A DNA stretch of 64,000 nucleotides from Candidatus Omnitrophota bacterium (GTDB taxonomy: Bacteria; Omnitrophota; Gorgyraeia; 1-14-0-20-64-10), in contig JAUSCU010000077.1 in assembly GCA_030651065.1 (NCBI GenBank), positions 13,362 to 77,361 of the forward strand, read 5' to 3'. How positions within the stretch are numbered: position 1 is the first letter of the stretch; the number at the start of each line of letters is the position of its first letter. This document shows positions 1 through 9,631 of this stretch, piece after piece. The notes beneath the pieces were generated by a model. That model searched no databases, was not told where the DNA came from, and worked only from the letters and a program-made list of their open reading frames with translations. A program made the position numbers and the translations under genes.

Positions 1-634
1 CGCAGATGTAGACCCGGACGGCGGCGGGATTGGCAAGGAGCTTCTCCACCTGGGTCTGCACGTAGCCGGAGGCTCCCTTCCACGCGGGGGTAGGCCGGCT
101 TACCGTCGGAAGGTAGGTGAAGTTGGGGTACCGGCGGGCCAGTTCCTGGAACTCCTCGTGATAAGGGATCATTGTTTCAAAGCGAGCACCGAATAAGAGC
201 GACATCCGGCCCTTGAAGCCGGCGCTCAGCAAAGAATGGATCATGCTTCGAAAGGGGGCGACGCCGGTGCCGGTGGCGATGAAGAGCGGCTCGAAGTCCA
301 CCGGGTCCGGAAGGATAAACTTGCCGAACGGGCCATGCACCTGGAACCGGTCGCCGGGCTTCAAGGTCCAGAACCAGTTAGTGACCAGGCCCCCCTCAAC
401 CCGCTTGATGATGAGGTTCAAGTGGCGCGGCTCTTCCGGCGGGGAGGCGATGGAATAGGCGCGGCGGATGACCTTGCCGTCCCGGGGGAGAACCACGCTG
501 ATGAACTGGCCGGCGATGAACCGGATTTCCCGGCCGGCGTCGAAGAGGAACTCAAAATCCTTCGTTTCGTTGCCGAAGTCGTGGATCGACCCCACGGTGA
601 CGTCGAAATATTCCGGCGCGGTTTTTTTAAGCAT
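1..634 (-). CDS. FAD/NAD(P)-binding ferredoxin-NADP reductase-like oxidoreductase. The N-terminal part is in the window and the 3' end lies beyond the left edge.
   Basis: My hand translation of the minus strand gives [27 protein letters not shown]...[10 protein letters not shown]...[10 protein letters not shown]. RxYS is an FAD-binding motif and GTGxAP is an NAD(P)-binding motif, both typical of the FNR family. The start ATG at 634 overlaps the cysN stop as ATGCTTAA. The ORF is missing from the ORF track because no stop falls inside the window. Confidence 0.6.
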   Translation of the reverse strand, partial: MLKKTAPEYFDVTVGSIHDFGNETKDFEFLFDAGREIRFIAGQFISVVLPRDGKVIRRAYSIASPPEEPRHLNLIIKRVEGGLVTNWFWTLKPGDRFQVHGPFGKFILPDPVDFEPLFIATGTGVAPFRSMIHSLLSAGFKGRMSLLFGARFETMIPYHEEFQELARRYPNFTYLPTVSRPTPAWKGASGYVQTQVEKLLANPAAVRVYIC

Positions 635-2402
635 CGCGGAGGATCTTCCGGTCCTTCAGAAGTTGAAGGATGTTGCGGACATTCTTTTCGGTGCCGGCGA
701 CCGGGTCGAGGTTTAAGTCCACGACCGCGCTCTTGAAACCGTTGGGACCGACGTTGACGACGACCATCCCCTCGCGGGAGGTCATCTCGTGAAGCTCAGA
801 GAGCTCGGCGTCGTTGATATTGCTGCCGGTCGCCACCACGATGAGGCCGGCGTCCAGAAATAAGTGGGCCACTTCCCCCATGCGGCGCACGTGCTCATGC
901 CGCTCCAGCCGGTGCTGTTCGACGTCGGTGTTCAAGCCGCGCAGCAGGTTGCCCATCCCTAGGAAATAGGTGGCCGCCCCGTGCAGGCCGAATAGCCGCT
1001 TTTCCAGCTCCTTGGCGATGGTCTTCTTGTCGACGCCGACCTTGCCGGTGAGCAGAACGAAGGCCGGCCGGTGGCCATAGCGCTTGGTCCGCTCCTCCGG
1101 CTCGACGACGCTGAAGTCCCACTTCTGCTCCCGTTCGGTCACCTGCCGCCGGAGGGCATCGTGGCCGTCCTCGATCATTTCCAGGATGATGCCGCCGCCG
1201 GCGATGTCGACCTCGTCCACGATCACGAACCGGCCGGTGGCCTCCAGGTCGTGCATCAAGTCGAACGCGACGGCCGAGGCGGCCTGCAGAACGCACTGCG
1301 CCACGTCGTGCCGGCCGATCTCCTTTTTGGCGGCCGGCTTGAGCTCGGAGGCATCGATCACCCGCTCAATCTTCTTCAAGCGCACCGAGACCTGCGCGGC
1401 GGCCACCTTGAGCTTGTAGGGACGGTCCAGCACCATCGGCCGCTTGCCCATCCAGAAGAGCTTCACCCGGAGCAAAGAGCTAACCCCCGGCAGAGGCTCC
1501 TTCACCCTGCACATCACGTCGCCGCGGTTCACGTAGACCTGCTCGGTAAGCGTGACGCCGGTGGAATGCCCGGCCGTCACCGAGGTCCGTTTCGGGGCGC
1601 TGAACGCCTCGATGGTCTTGATCTGGGAGCGCTTGCCCGACGGCAGGAAGACCACGGAATCCCCGACCGACAGCGAGCCGGACTCCACCCGCCCCGCCAC
1701 GATCCGGCGAGTGTCCTCATCTTCGGTAAACTTGTAGATTCCCTGCACCGGCATCCGGAACGGCCGCGCGGAAATGTCGGGCGACTTCTCGAAGGAATCC
1801 AGCATCTCCAGCACCGCCGGCCCCCGGTACCAGGGAAGTTTCTTGGAGGGGGTGATGAGGTTCTCCCCTTCGAGGGCCGACAGCGGAATGAACGCGCGCG
1901 GCTCGAGATCGATCTCTTTCAAGAAAACCCGGTATTCCTTTTGAATGCGGTCGAACACCTCCTGCTTGTAGCCGACCCTATCCATCTTGTTGACGCAGAC
2001 GGCCACTTGCCGGATCCCCAGCATCGAGAGCAGGTAGCCGTGCCGGCGGGAGTTTTCCTGGATCCCCTCCTCCGCGTCGATCACCAACAGCGCCGCCTCC
2101 GCCCGGGCCGCCCCGGAGACCATGTTTTTGAGGAACTCGATGTGGCCGGGCGCGTCGATCAGGATGTACTCCCGCTTCTTGCTCTTAAAGAAGACGCGGG
2201 CCGTGTCGATCGTGATCCCCTGAGACTGCTCGTCCTTTAAGGCGTCCAGCAGGAAGGCGTACTCGAACGGCTTGGCGGTGCGCTGGCACTCGTCCCGCAC
2301 CTGCTGGAGCTTGCCCTCCGGCAGGGAGCCGGTGTCGGCCAGCAGGCGCCCGACCAGTGTGCTCTTGCCGTGGTCCACGTGTCCCACAATGACGATGTTC
2401 AT
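627..2402 (-). CDS. cysN: Sulfate adenylyltransferase GTPase subunit CysN, carrying a C-terminal APS-kinase-like domain whose P-loop is degenerate
   Basis: The N-terminus [21 protein letters not shown] contains the G1 motif, and an EF-Tu-like GTPase plus beta-barrel domains follow. The C-terminal ~150 aa align to CysC ([24 protein letters not shown] versus [24 protein letters not shown]). The Walker A motif reads [11 protein letters not shown] instead of GLSGSGKST, and the DGD motif reads GMG. Confidence 0.85.
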   Translation of the reverse strand: MNIVIVGHVDHGKSTLVGRLLADTGSLPEGKLQQVRDECQRTAKPFEYAFLLDALKDEQSQGITIDTARVFFKSKKREYILIDAPGHIEFLKNMVSGAARAEAALLVIDAEEGIQENSRRHGYLLSMLGIRQVAVCVNKMDRVGYKQEVFDRIQKEYRVFLKEIDLEPRAFIPLSALEGENLITPSKKLPWYRGPAVLEMLDSFEKSPDISARPFRMPVQGIYKFTEDEDTRRIVAGRVESGSLSVGDSVVFLPSGKRSQIKTIEAFSAPKRTSVTAGHSTGVTLTEQVYVNRGDVMCRVKEPLPGVSSLLRVKLFWMGKRPMVLDRPYKLKVAAAQVSVRLKKIERVIDASELKPAAKKEIGRHDVAQCVLQAASAVAFDLMHDLEATGRFVIVDEVDIAGGGIILEMIEDGHDALRRQVTEREQKWDFSVVEPEERTKRYGHRPAFVLLTGKVGVDKKTIAKELEKRLFGLHGAATYFLGMGNLLRGLNTDVEQHRLERHEHVRRMGEVAHLFLDAGLIVVATGSNINDAELSELHEMTSREGMVVVNVGPNGFKSAVVDLNLDPVAGTEKNVRNILQLLKDRKILRDA

Positions 2403-3283
2403 TACATGTACCCTTCGCGGCGCAGGGTCTCGAGCCCGCCGCCGTCTTCCTTATCCTGCGCGCGGCCGGAGCGCTCGGCGATGTTGCGGAACTTTCCGGT
2501 CTTAAGCTCCTCGATGATCTCCTTCACATTCTTGGCGGTGGATTTGACCGGGAAGGTGCAGGGGTAGCAGCCGAGCGACCGGTAACGCTCTCCCTTGCCT
2601 TGGTCGAAATAGAGCGGCACCACCGGGATCTTCTCCTTCTCGATGTACTCCCAGATGTCCAGCTCGGTCCAGTCGAGCAGCGGGTGGACGCGGATGTGGG
2701 TGCCGGGCGCGAAGTCGGTCTTGAACTGGTTCCAGAGTTCCGGCGGCTGATCCCCCACCTCCCAGTTGCTCTCCTTGTCCCGAGGCGAAAAGTAGCGCTC
2801 CTTCGAGCGGCTCCCTTCCTCGTCCGCTCGGGCGCCGACGATCACCCCGGTGTAGGGCTCTTTGTTTGTGTCCGGCACGTACTTACCCGTCGCGTGGTCC
2901 ATCCGGTAGCGGGGCCACTTGCCCGACAGGGTGTTCACCAAAGCATCGGTTTTTAAGGTCTTGCAGCACTCCACGCGGGTGAGTTTCCCTGCCGGGAAGG
3001 TCCGTCCCTCCTGGAGCGCCTGCTCGTTCCGGCCGGTGATCATGTTCAGCTTCCAATCGAGGGCCAGCTTGTCGCGGTATCGGATCATCTCCGGAATCTT
3101 GAAGTCGGTGTCGATATGGACGAGCGGGAACGGCACGTGGCCGAAGAAGGCCTTGCGGGCGAGCCAGAGCATGACGGTACTGTCCTTGCCGATGGACCAG
3201 AGCATGGCCAGGTTCCTGAAGTGGTGGTGAGCCTCCCTCAGGATGTAAACCGATTGGCTTTCTATCTTTTCGAGATGTGTCAT
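2402..3283 (-). CDS. cysD: Sulfate adenylyltransferase subunit 2 CysD (PAPS-reductase-like fold)
   Basis: [18 protein letters not shown]...[17 protein letters not shown] aligns with the E. coli CysD N-terminus (LTHLRQLEAESIHIIRE...SIGKDSSVML). I chose the internal ATG at 3283 rather than the ORF-track start at 3376. The CysD stop overlaps the cysN start. Confidence 0.85.
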   Translation of the reverse strand: MTHLEKIESQSVYILREAHHHFRNLAMLWSIGKDSTVMLWLARKAFFGHVPFPLVHIDTDFKIPEMIRYRDKLALDWKLNMITGRNEQALQEGRTFPAGKLTRVECCKTLKTDALVNTLSGKWPRYRMDHATGKYVPDTNKEPYTGVIVGARADEEGSRSKERYFSPRDKESNWEVGDQPPELWNQFKTDFAPGTHIRVHPLLDWTELDIWEYIEKEKIPVVPLYFDQGKGERYRSLGCYPCTFPVKSTAKNVKEIIEELKTGKFRNIAERSGRAQDKEDGGGLETLRREGYM

Positions 3284-3296
3284 CGCGAAAAAGGGG

Positions 3297-3749
3297 CTAT
3301 TCGGAAGCCTTCTTTTTGATCCAAGAAGCGCCGGCCTCTTCCAGCGCCGAGCGGATCGAATTGGGAAGAGCTTCAAGGGCCAGGTTCAGCTCCGCCGTCT
3401 GACCCGGCTCCACCGTGAAAAAGAGCTTTTCCGGCTGGAGCCCGCCCTTGCTCACTTGCAGCGAGTAGTTCCCCGGCTCAAGGCCTTTCTTTGAGTAGCC
3501 GCCGTCGGCACCGGTCTCCGAGGTGGCGATGATGCCGCCCTGCACCTTGGAAATCTGGACCCAGGCCTGCGGGACCGCCCGGCCGTCCGCCCGGACTTGG
3601 ATGGAGACGGCGCCGGGGCCCTGTGGGGAAAAAAAGATCTTCTTGGCGTTGTAAGCCCCCACCGCCAGCGTGACGACCCCCACTGCGATACCGAGGATCA
3701 GCTGGATCTTTTTCAACATCAGGTCATGCTTGCTTTCATCTGCGCCCAT
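3297..3749 (-). CDS. Membrane-anchored protein with a carboxypeptidase-regulatory-like (CarbopepD_reg) beta-sandwich
   Basis: The protein has an N-terminal TM helix ([17 protein letters not shown]). The motif [14 protein letters not shown]...[15 protein letters not shown] resembles CarbopepD_reg_2. Confidence 0.4.
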   Translation of the reverse strand: MGADESKHDLMLKKIQLILGIAVGVVTLAVGAYNAKKIFFSPQGPGAVSIQVRADGRAVPQAWVQISKVQGGIIATSETGADGGYSKKGLEPGNYSLQVSKGGLQPEKLFFTVEPGQTAELNLALEALPNSIRSALEEAGASWIKKKASE

Positions 3750-3781
3750 TCAAATTCTCCACTTTTCTTTATTATAGCAGG

Positions 3782-5743
3782 CTACTCGTACCTCAGCGCT
3801 TCGATCGGGTTCAAGGCGGCGGCTTTCCGAGCCGGCCAAAAACCGAACAGCACGCCGACCGCGCAGGAGAAGAAAAAGGAGAGCGCGACGGCGCTTAAAG
3901 AGACCTGGGCGGCCCACCCGGCCCACTGGGACATCCCCAGCGTGATGAGCCATCCGAGCGCGATGCCGATCACGCCTCCGGCCACGCTCACCACTACCGC
4001 CTCCACCAGGAACTGGCCGAGGATGTCCCGGCGGCGGGCGCCGATCGCTTTGCGCAGGCCGATCTCTCGTGTCCGCTCGGTCACGGAAACCAACATGATG
4101 TTCATGATGCCGATACCGCCCACCAGCAGGGAGATCACCGCGATGGAGGCCAGCAGCAATGTCATCGTCCGGTTAGTTTCCGACAGCGCCGCCTGGATCT
4201 CGGCCATGTTCCGGATCTCAAACGCCCCCTTTCGGGAGGCGGGGATCCGGTGGCGGCGGCGCATCAGATCCTGCACGGAATCCTCCACCGCGCTCATCCC
4301 CTCGGCCTCCTCCACCTCGATGGAAATGTCGTCCACGTGCTCTTTTCCCAGCAGGCGGCGCATCGCGGTGCCGATCGGGACGACCACCACGTCGTCCTGG
4401 TCCCGCCAGCCGGTGGCCCCCTTGGCCGGAAGGACGCCGATGACCTGGAAGCTGGAGCGGTTGATCTTGATCGTCTCGCCGACCGGATTGGCGTCGCCGA
4501 ACAGCTCCCTGGAGACCGTCTGTCCGACCAGCACCACGCGGGAGCGGCGGCGCGACTCCTCCGCGTCGAAGAACCGGCCGGCCACGGGGGTGGCGCCCCT
4601 CACCGAAGCGTAATCGGGCGTCACTCCCTCAATGCGGGTGTTCCAGTTCCGGTTGCCGTAGACCACCTGCCCCCGTCCGTCCACCGAAGGGGCCACCCGG
4701 CGGATGCCGGGCAAGGCGGCGACGGCCTCCGCGTCGGCCAGCGTCATCCGCGTGACCACGCCGCTCTCGAGCGCCACCCGGCCGGCCTGGCGGGCCCCGG
4801 GCCGGAGCATTAAGAGGTTGGAACCGAGCGAGGCCAGTCTCGCCTCAATCGAGGCGCTGGCCCCGCTACCCAGGGCCAGCATCGCGATGACCGCGGCCAC
4901 GCCGATCAGGATCCCCAGGGTCGAAAGCCCGGTCCGAACCTTGTTGGCCAGCAGCGCCCGGACCGCCTGCCGGAAATGGTCGGAGATCTCCCGAAGAAAG
5001 AAACCGGTACCGTTTCCGGCAGTACCGGGTTGCTCTCCGGAACCCGGCACGTTTGGAAATGGTACCGCATTGGACGTGTCTGATTCGATCCTGCCGTCCC
5101 TCATCCGGATGATCCGCCGCGCCCGGTCGGCCACCTCCTGCTCGTGCGTCACCAGGATCACCGTGATCCCCTGCCGGTTCAGCCCCGAGAGGATCTCCAG
5201 GATTTCGTGGGAGCTGGCGGAATCGAGATTGCCGGTCGGCTCGTCCGCGAAGATCACCCGGGGCCGGTTGACCAGCGCCCGAGCGATCGCCACCCGCTGC
5301 TGTTGGCCGCCCGACAGCTGGGCGGGGGTGTGGCCCATCCGGGCTTTCAAACCCACCTGCTCCAGCAGTTCCAGAGGGCGGGAGGGAGCGCTGCCATTAT
5401 GGAGGCCGGGAGCATACAACAGCGGCAGGCGGGTGTTTTCCAGCGCGGACATGCGGGGAAGAAGATTGAACTGCTGGAAGACGAACCCGATCGTCCGGGC
5501 CCTTAAAGCGGCCAACTCATCCTCCGAAAGCCCGCGGATCTCCCGGCCGGAGAGCCGGTAGGAACCGGCGTCGGGTACGTCGAGCAAGCCCAGCACGTGC
5601 ATCAGGGTGGATTTACCCGAACCGGAGGGACCCATGATCGCCACGAAATCCCCCTGTTCGACGGTCAGCGAAACATCCTGGAGCGCCTGCACCTCCACCT
5701 CCCCCATCCGGTAAACCTTGCGGAGGTTGGAGGTCTGTATCAT
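3782..5743 (-). CDS. macB: MacB-type ABC transporter, with the ATPase and FtsX-like permease fused
   Basis: The ATPase part shows GPSGSGKST as Walker A and LSGGQQQRVAIARAL as the ABC signature. A C-terminal FtsX-like permease with 4 TM helices follows, and the length is 653 aa. The start overlaps the macA stop as ATGA. Confidence 0.85.
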   Translation of the reverse strand: MIQTSNLRKVYRMGEVEVQALQDVSLTVEQGDFVAIMGPSGSGKSTLMHVLGLLDVPDAGSYRLSGREIRGLSEDELAALRARTIGFVFQQFNLLPRMSALENTRLPLLYAPGLHNGSAPSRPLELLEQVGLKARMGHTPAQLSGGQQQRVAIARALVNRPRVIFADEPTGNLDSASSHEILEILSGLNRQGITVILVTHEQEVADRARRIIRMRDGRIESDTSNAVPFPNVPGSGEQPGTAGNGTGFFLREISDHFRQAVRALLANKVRTGLSTLGILIGVAAVIAMLALGSGASASIEARLASLGSNLLMLRPGARQAGRVALESGVVTRMTLADAEAVAALPGIRRVAPSVDGRGQVVYGNRNWNTRIEGVTPDYASVRGATPVAGRFFDAEESRRRSRVVLVGQTVSRELFGDANPVGETIKINRSSFQVIGVLPAKGATGWRDQDDVVVVPIGTAMRRLLGKEHVDDISIEVEEAEGMSAVEDSVQDLMRRRHRIPASRKGAFEIRNMAEIQAALSETNRTMTLLLASIAVISLLVGGIGIMNIMLVSVTERTREIGLRKAIGARRRDILGQFLVEAVVVSVAGGVIGIALGWLITLGMSQWAGWAAQVSLSAVALSFFFSCAVGVLFGFWPARKAAALNPIEALRYE

Positions 5744-6735
5744 CGCTGCTCGGAGCGGCTGCGCCGCTGGAAATCGGGCGTGAAGGGGCTCTTGAGATTC
5801 TTGCGGGCCGACAGGTTCCCCTTTGAGCGGACCAGGACCGAATCTCCTTCGTTCAGGCCGGAGGTGATCTCCGTCATTTTTCCATCCGTGGCGCCGGTCT
5901 CCACCGGTTTTATTTCCGGCGGCCCGCCGCCGGGCCGGGCGATCAGCACCACCACCCGCCCCTGTTCCCGCTGCACCGCCTCGGAGGGAACCAGCAACAC
6001 CCCTTTCTTCGAGTCAGTCACGAACAGCACATTGGCCGTCATTCCACTGCGCATGGACTCAGGCACCTCAGCCGGCAGGACGTCCACCTCGTAGATCGTC
6101 ACGTTGTTCACGGTCTTGGCCTCGTAAGCGATCTGATCCACGACGGCCACAATCTCCCGGTCCGGGTAAGCGTCGAGCGTCAGCGCCGCTTCCTGCTTCA
6201 GCCGGACTTGGCCGATGTCGGTCTCATCCACCTGCGCCAGCACAATCAGCCGGTCCGACAGCACGAAGACGGCGTCCTGCGCGGTGACCGTCTGGCCCGG
6301 CTCCACCCTACGCCCGATGATCGTCCCATCCAGAGGGGCCAGCAGCGGGGCCGGTTTGTAGATCTCCTCCCAATGAGCGAGAACCTTTTCCCCTTTTGCC
6401 CGGGCCGCATCCAGCAGAGCCGCCCGCTCGGTGGAGCTCATCCAGGCCAGGATCTGGCCCCGCTTCACCTTTTCCCCTTCCCGCGCGAGCACTTCCTCCA
6501 TCCGCCCGGCGATCGGAGGCTTGATCTCCAGCCGGTTCTGCGGCTGAACGAGCCCGGTGGCCTGCACGGTCACTGTGAGGTCGCCGCGGGACACCGGCAC
6601 GGGCTGGAGCTCCTGAACGGTGCCAGGTCTTAGACCTGGCACCGTTTGTCCTGGCACTCCTTGCGCGCGGCCCCAGACTGCCCAGATCGCCGCCATCAGC
6701 GCGGCGAGCGCGATCCATTTCAAAGCTCTTTTCAC
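5740..6735 (-). CDS. macA: Periplasmic adaptor subunit (HlyD/MacA family) of a tripartite efflux pump
   Basis: The protein has a signal/TM segment followed by coiled-coil, lipoyl and beta-barrel adaptor regions. The ORF-track start at 6852 would overlap the TolC gene by 120 nt. I therefore chose the GTG at 6735, which overlaps the TolC stop as GTGA. Confidence 0.7.
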   Translation of the reverse strand: MKRALKWIALAALMAAIWAVWGRAQGVPGQTVPGLRPGTVQELQPVPVSRGDLTVTVQATGLVQPQNRLEIKPPIAGRMEEVLAREGEKVKRGQILAWMSSTERAALLDAARAKGEKVLAHWEEIYKPAPLLAPLDGTIIGRRVEPGQTVTAQDAVFVLSDRLIVLAQVDETDIGQVRLKQEAALTLDAYPDREIVAVVDQIAYEAKTVNNVTIYEVDVLPAEVPESMRSGMTANVLFVTDSKKGVLLVPSEAVQREQGRVVVLIARPGGGPPEIKPVETGATDGKMTEITSGLNEGDSVLVRSKGNLSARKNLKSPFTPDFQRRSRSEQR

Positions 6736-8000
6736 GTGATCGGTCCCTTCCCCAAAGCCCGCTCCCAGACCGCCTCCGCAAGCACGGCGTCCCGCAGCGT
6801 GGCCAACATCGTTTTTTGGTTGTCGATCAGGTCGTTCTCGATGATATCCCAATCCTCGAACGAGAGCAGACCGGTCGTGTACTGCGCGCGCGCGATCTCC
6901 GCCCGAAGGTCGGCCGCTTCCAGGAACTCCCGACGAACGGCGACCCGCTCCACCGCATCCTGCAGCGCGGCGAACCGGCTCTCCAGCTCCGCGGCGGTCT
7001 TTCCGTCCACGGTCCGCAGGTTGGCCAGTGCCCGCGCCTGCTCGGCCTGTGCCTCCTTCACGTCAAAGATCTCTTTCCCACCGGAGAAGAACGGGAAGGA
7101 AATCTCGATGCCGGCCGACCACTCGCTCTCATCCGGCGGCCAGTTGGAAGAGCCGAAACCGGCTGACCCCACGGCATCCACGTCCGGCAGGTACCGGCTC
7201 TGGGCGATCTTCACACCCGAACCGGCCGCCTGGGCTTGCGCATCCGCCTCCTGGTGGGCCGGCGTCTGCAGTGCCGCCTGCCCGATATCCGGCAGCGGCG
7301 CCAGCGGACGGACGCCGAACTCGCCGGCCACCGAGATCCCATCCGGCGTTTTTCTTCCCATCACCCGCCCGAGCTCCCTCTGCCCCACCCGGCGGGACCG
7401 CTCGGCCTGGGCCACCTCGAACCGGGCCTGCGCCGCCGAGGCCTTGATGCGCAGGTAAGAACCCTGGTGCTCGCGCCCGGCCTCGTACCGGAGCTTCAAC
7501 AGATCCACATTCTCTTGGCGGCGGCGATCAATCGCTTCGGTGAGCGCAAGCTGTTCCTGCGCGAACAGGAGCTGAGCGAAAGCCGACTTGAGCTCGGAAC
7601 CGACCCGGGACTTGACCGCCGACAGCCGAGCCTCCTCGGCCGCCCGTTCTGCGCCGGACTGCTCAACCCCGGCCCGGTTGCGGCCGCCGGAGAAAAGGGT
7701 CTGCTTCAAAGAGAGGCCGGCGCTATGGCTCTCGCTGGAACTGTCGCTGATCTCGGAAGAGGCATCGGCGGACAACTGCGGGAGGAGCGGGCTGCGGCTT
7801 CCTTGAACACGGGCCCAGGCGGCGGCGACCGAATAGCCGGCGGCGCTCAGGTCCGGGTTATTCCGGGCCGTTTCCTGGACGCTCCGTTCCCAGGTGAGAG
7901 GCTCTTCGGCCCTCGCCGCGGGAAGGAACGCGAGAAGGCAGAGGGCCAAGAAAAAAAATCTCACCGCGAGCCGTGTCTCTTGGCCCGACGGACCTGCCAC
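6732..8000 (-). CDS. TolC-like outer-membrane efflux protein (OEP family)
   Basis: The signal peptide is RFFFLALCLLAFLPAARA. Two OEP repeats with coiled-coil segments follow, and the protein sits with macAB. Confidence 0.75.
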   Translation of the reverse strand: MAGPSGQETRLAVRFFFLALCLLAFLPAARAEEPLTWERSVQETARNNPDLSAAGYSVAAAWARVQGSRSPLLPQLSADASSEISDSSSESHSAGLSLKQTLFSGGRNRAGVEQSGAERAAEEARLSAVKSRVGSELKSAFAQLLFAQEQLALTEAIDRRRQENVDLLKLRYEAGREHQGSYLRIKASAAQARFEVAQAERSRRVGQRELGRVMGRKTPDGISVAGEFGVRPLAPLPDIGQAALQTPAHQEADAQAQAAGSGVKIAQSRYLPDVDAVGSAGFGSSNWPPDESEWSAGIEISFPFFSGGKEIFDVKEAQAEQARALANLRTVDGKTAAELESRFAALQDAVERVAVRREFLEAADLRAEIARAQYTTGLLSFEDWDIIENDLIDNQKTMLATLRDAVLAEAVWERALGKGPIT

Positions 8001-8338
8001 TCCTTCTCCATTCGGTCGAATTTCTCTTGTTGCTCCGGGGAGAGTAATTTCCGGATCTCGGACTGGGTGGAGATCCGGATCTCTTCGCGGCGGGGCCGGA
8101 TCTCCGTCCGCAGCCCCTCCATCTTCTGCCGCTTCGTTTCCAAAAGAACTTTAACCTGCTCCGTTTGTTCGGACGTCAGTTTCAGCTGAGCGCTAAACCG
8201 CTCCAGCATGCTCTCGTACCGCTGTTCCCAGCCCCAGCGGCGCGGAAAAAGATCCCGGCCGGCCCACCAGCCGGTCCCTATCCCTAACGCGAAACCGGCC
8301 AGGCAGGAAAGAGCGATCACTTTCTTTAAGCCGTTCAT
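7961..8338 (-). CDS. Periplasmic Spy/CpxP-like (LTXXQ-motif) stress protein
   Basis: The true start, MNGLKKVIALSCLAGFALG, is a signal peptide, and its ATG at 8338 overlaps the anti-sigma stop as ATGA. LTSEQTEQVKVLL is an LTXXQ-type motif. Confidence 0.5.
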   Translation of the reverse strand: MNGLKKVIALSCLAGFALGIGTGWWAGRDLFPRRWGWEQRYESMLERFSAQLKLTSEQTEQVKVLLETKRQKMEGLRTEIRPRREEIRISTQSEIRKLLSPEQQEKFDRMEKEWQVRRAKRHGSR

Positions 8339-8685
8339 GAGCCCTCCTCCATCAGTTCCAGCAAGCTGCCGGAGGATGGCCGGACGTTCGCGACCCAGCC
8401 GGAGCTTCCCGTGTCCAGCAGCATCTGCGTGGAGACGGCGGGAGCCCGGCCCGCGACCACCGCCATGAGAAGCAGCGCCAAGCCCGGCGCCAGCGCCGGC
8501 ACCCACCACCTCACCGGCCAGAGGCGCGGGCGAGCCGGCTCGGGACGGCGAAGCTGCCCCATCACCTGTTCCACGAAGAACTCCTCATGGTCCGGCTTCG
8601 GCTGACCGGAAAAGATCCGGGCGACCTTCTCCCACCCCTTCGGAAGTTTCTCTTCCATGTTCCCAGAGCCCTCCCTCATTTTCAT
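8335..8685 (-). CDS. Putative membrane anti-sigma factor
   Basis: The ORF overlaps the ECF sigma gene as TAATG. It is 116 aa with a single TM segment (WVPALAPGLALLLMAVVAG). Its position is typical for the partner of an ECF sigma. Confidence 0.45.
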   Translation of the reverse strand: MKMREGSGNMEEKLPKGWEKVARIFSGQPKPDHEEFFVEQVMGQLRRPEPARPRLWPVRWWVPALAPGLALLLMAVVAGRAPAVSTQMLLDTGSSGWVANVRPSSGSLLELMEEGS

Positions 8686-8716
8686 TAGACGTCCGCCGGC
8701 TGCAAAAAGTGTCGCG
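8684..8716 (-). promoter_or_regulatory. ECF-type promoter-like motif (copy 2) spanning the sigma/anti-sigma junction
   Basis: The minus-sense sequence is cgcGACACTTtttgcagccggcggacGTCTAATG, in which the final ATG is the anti-sigma start codon. It shares 13+8 nt with copy 1 at 10086..10117. The spacing and the GTCTAA-like -10 element resemble an RpoE-type promoter. Confidence 0.3.
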
Positions 8717-9245
8717 CTTTTTCAGCGCATTCGGCCCGGGCCCGGCGCAGCCGGGCTTTCACGGCGTCCAGCGAACAGCCAAGGAACTCGGCCAACTCCT
8801 CGTAGCTTAAACCCTCCACTTCCCGAAGGATCAGGATCGTCCGGACCTGCTCCGGAAGGCGGTCCAGCACCTCCTGAAGCTGCCGGCGCTGAATGACCGG
8901 GTCTTCCCGGACCACCAGAGCTTCGGCCGCTTCCCCTTTCTCTTCCCGCAGGGCGTCCCAGGATTCCGTCGGCTGCCGCCCCCTCTTCCTTAACAGATCC
9001 CGGCAGTGGTTCACGGCGATCCGGTGCAGCCAGGTTGAGAAACCGGCCGCTCCGCGGAATCCCCCCAGTCCCCGGTAGGCTTTGATGAAAACCTCCTGAG
9101 CGGCGTCGTCCGCTTCCGCGGCGTTGCCCAGCGTCCAGAGACAAAGCTGACGGATCCGCGCCTGGTGCTTCCGGACAAGGAGGGCGTAAGCCTCTTTATC
9201 CCCGGCGCGGATCCGCTCGACAACATTCTGGTCCTCATCCTGCAT
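8685..9245 (-). CDS. RNA polymerase ECF-type sigma-70 factor
   Basis: Sigma-70 region 2 (AQEVFIKAYRGLGGF...FSTWLHRIAVNHCRDLLR) and region 4 (LPEQVRTILILREVEGLSYEELAEFLGCSLDAVKARLRRA) are both present. The protein is 186 aa. Confidence 0.85.
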   Translation of the reverse strand: MQDEDQNVVERIRAGDKEAYALLVRKHQARIRQLCLWTLGNAAEADDAAQEVFIKAYRGLGGFRGAAGFSTWLHRIAVNHCRDLLRKRGRQPTESWDALREEKGEAAEALVVREDPVIQRRQLQEVLDRLPEQVRTILILREVEGLSYEELAEFLGCSLDAVKARLRRARAECAEKARHFLQPADV

Positions 9246-9251
9246 GATGGG

Positions 9252-9617
9252 CTATTTTAACCCATACGCTCCCTGCAATTGCTCCTCGGTCGGCAGATGG
9301 AGGTAGCGCTCCCCGCGAGGCCCGACGTAGCTGCCCCCCTCCTGCCGGAGCGTAACCGGCGTGTAGCTGCCGTTGGAGTTGACGACGTTGATCACCACCG
9401 TATTGACGGGGGCCGCGTAAACCACCTGTGTGCGCGGCCAGTAATCATAACGGGGCCTAGGATGCCAATCCGACCAGCCGTGATGCCGTCTTCCATAGCC
9501 GCTCTCGTAGCGGACCGACCACCGGTCCCTGTGCTGGCCGCCGGCCTCATGGGCCCAGGCCACGCCCGAGGAAAGCAGGGCGGCACCCGCTACCGTCAGA
9601 ATCAGAATCTTTCTCAT
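9252..9617 (-). CDS. Secreted protein, paralog 2. Its C-terminal domain of about 45 aa is shared with the upstream gene.
   Basis: The signal peptide is ILILTVAGAALLSSGVAWA. The C-terminus VVINVVNSNGSYTPVTLRQEGGSYVGPRGERYLHLPTEEQL matches 9632..10060. Confidence 0.5.
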   Translation of the reverse strand: MRKILILTVAGAALLSSGVAWAHEAGGQHRDRWSVRYESGYGRRHHGWSDWHPRPRYDYWPRTQVVYAAPVNTVVINVVNSNGSYTPVTLRQEGGSYVGPRGERYLHLPTEEQLQGAYGLK

Positions 9618-9631
9618 CTCTCACTCCTCCT

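Noticed and set aside
1071-2240. A 389-aa plus-strand ORF, and several other long plus-strand ORFs (for example 4250..4813, 29710..30801, 32484..33389, 53737..55092, 61746..62987)
   Set aside because: All of these lie antisense to well-supported minus-strand genes (cysN, macB, ppc, dnaX, glnA, lpxC/fabZ). Their products are low-complexity and rich in Arg, Pro, Gly and Ala. Such ORFs are a typical artefact of high-GC DNA.
8000-8509. The long N-terminal extension of ORF 7961..8509 (MVGAGAGAG…)
   Set aside because: This stretch overlaps the anti-sigma gene and is Gly/Arg-rich. The protein more plausibly starts at the signal-peptide Met at 8338.
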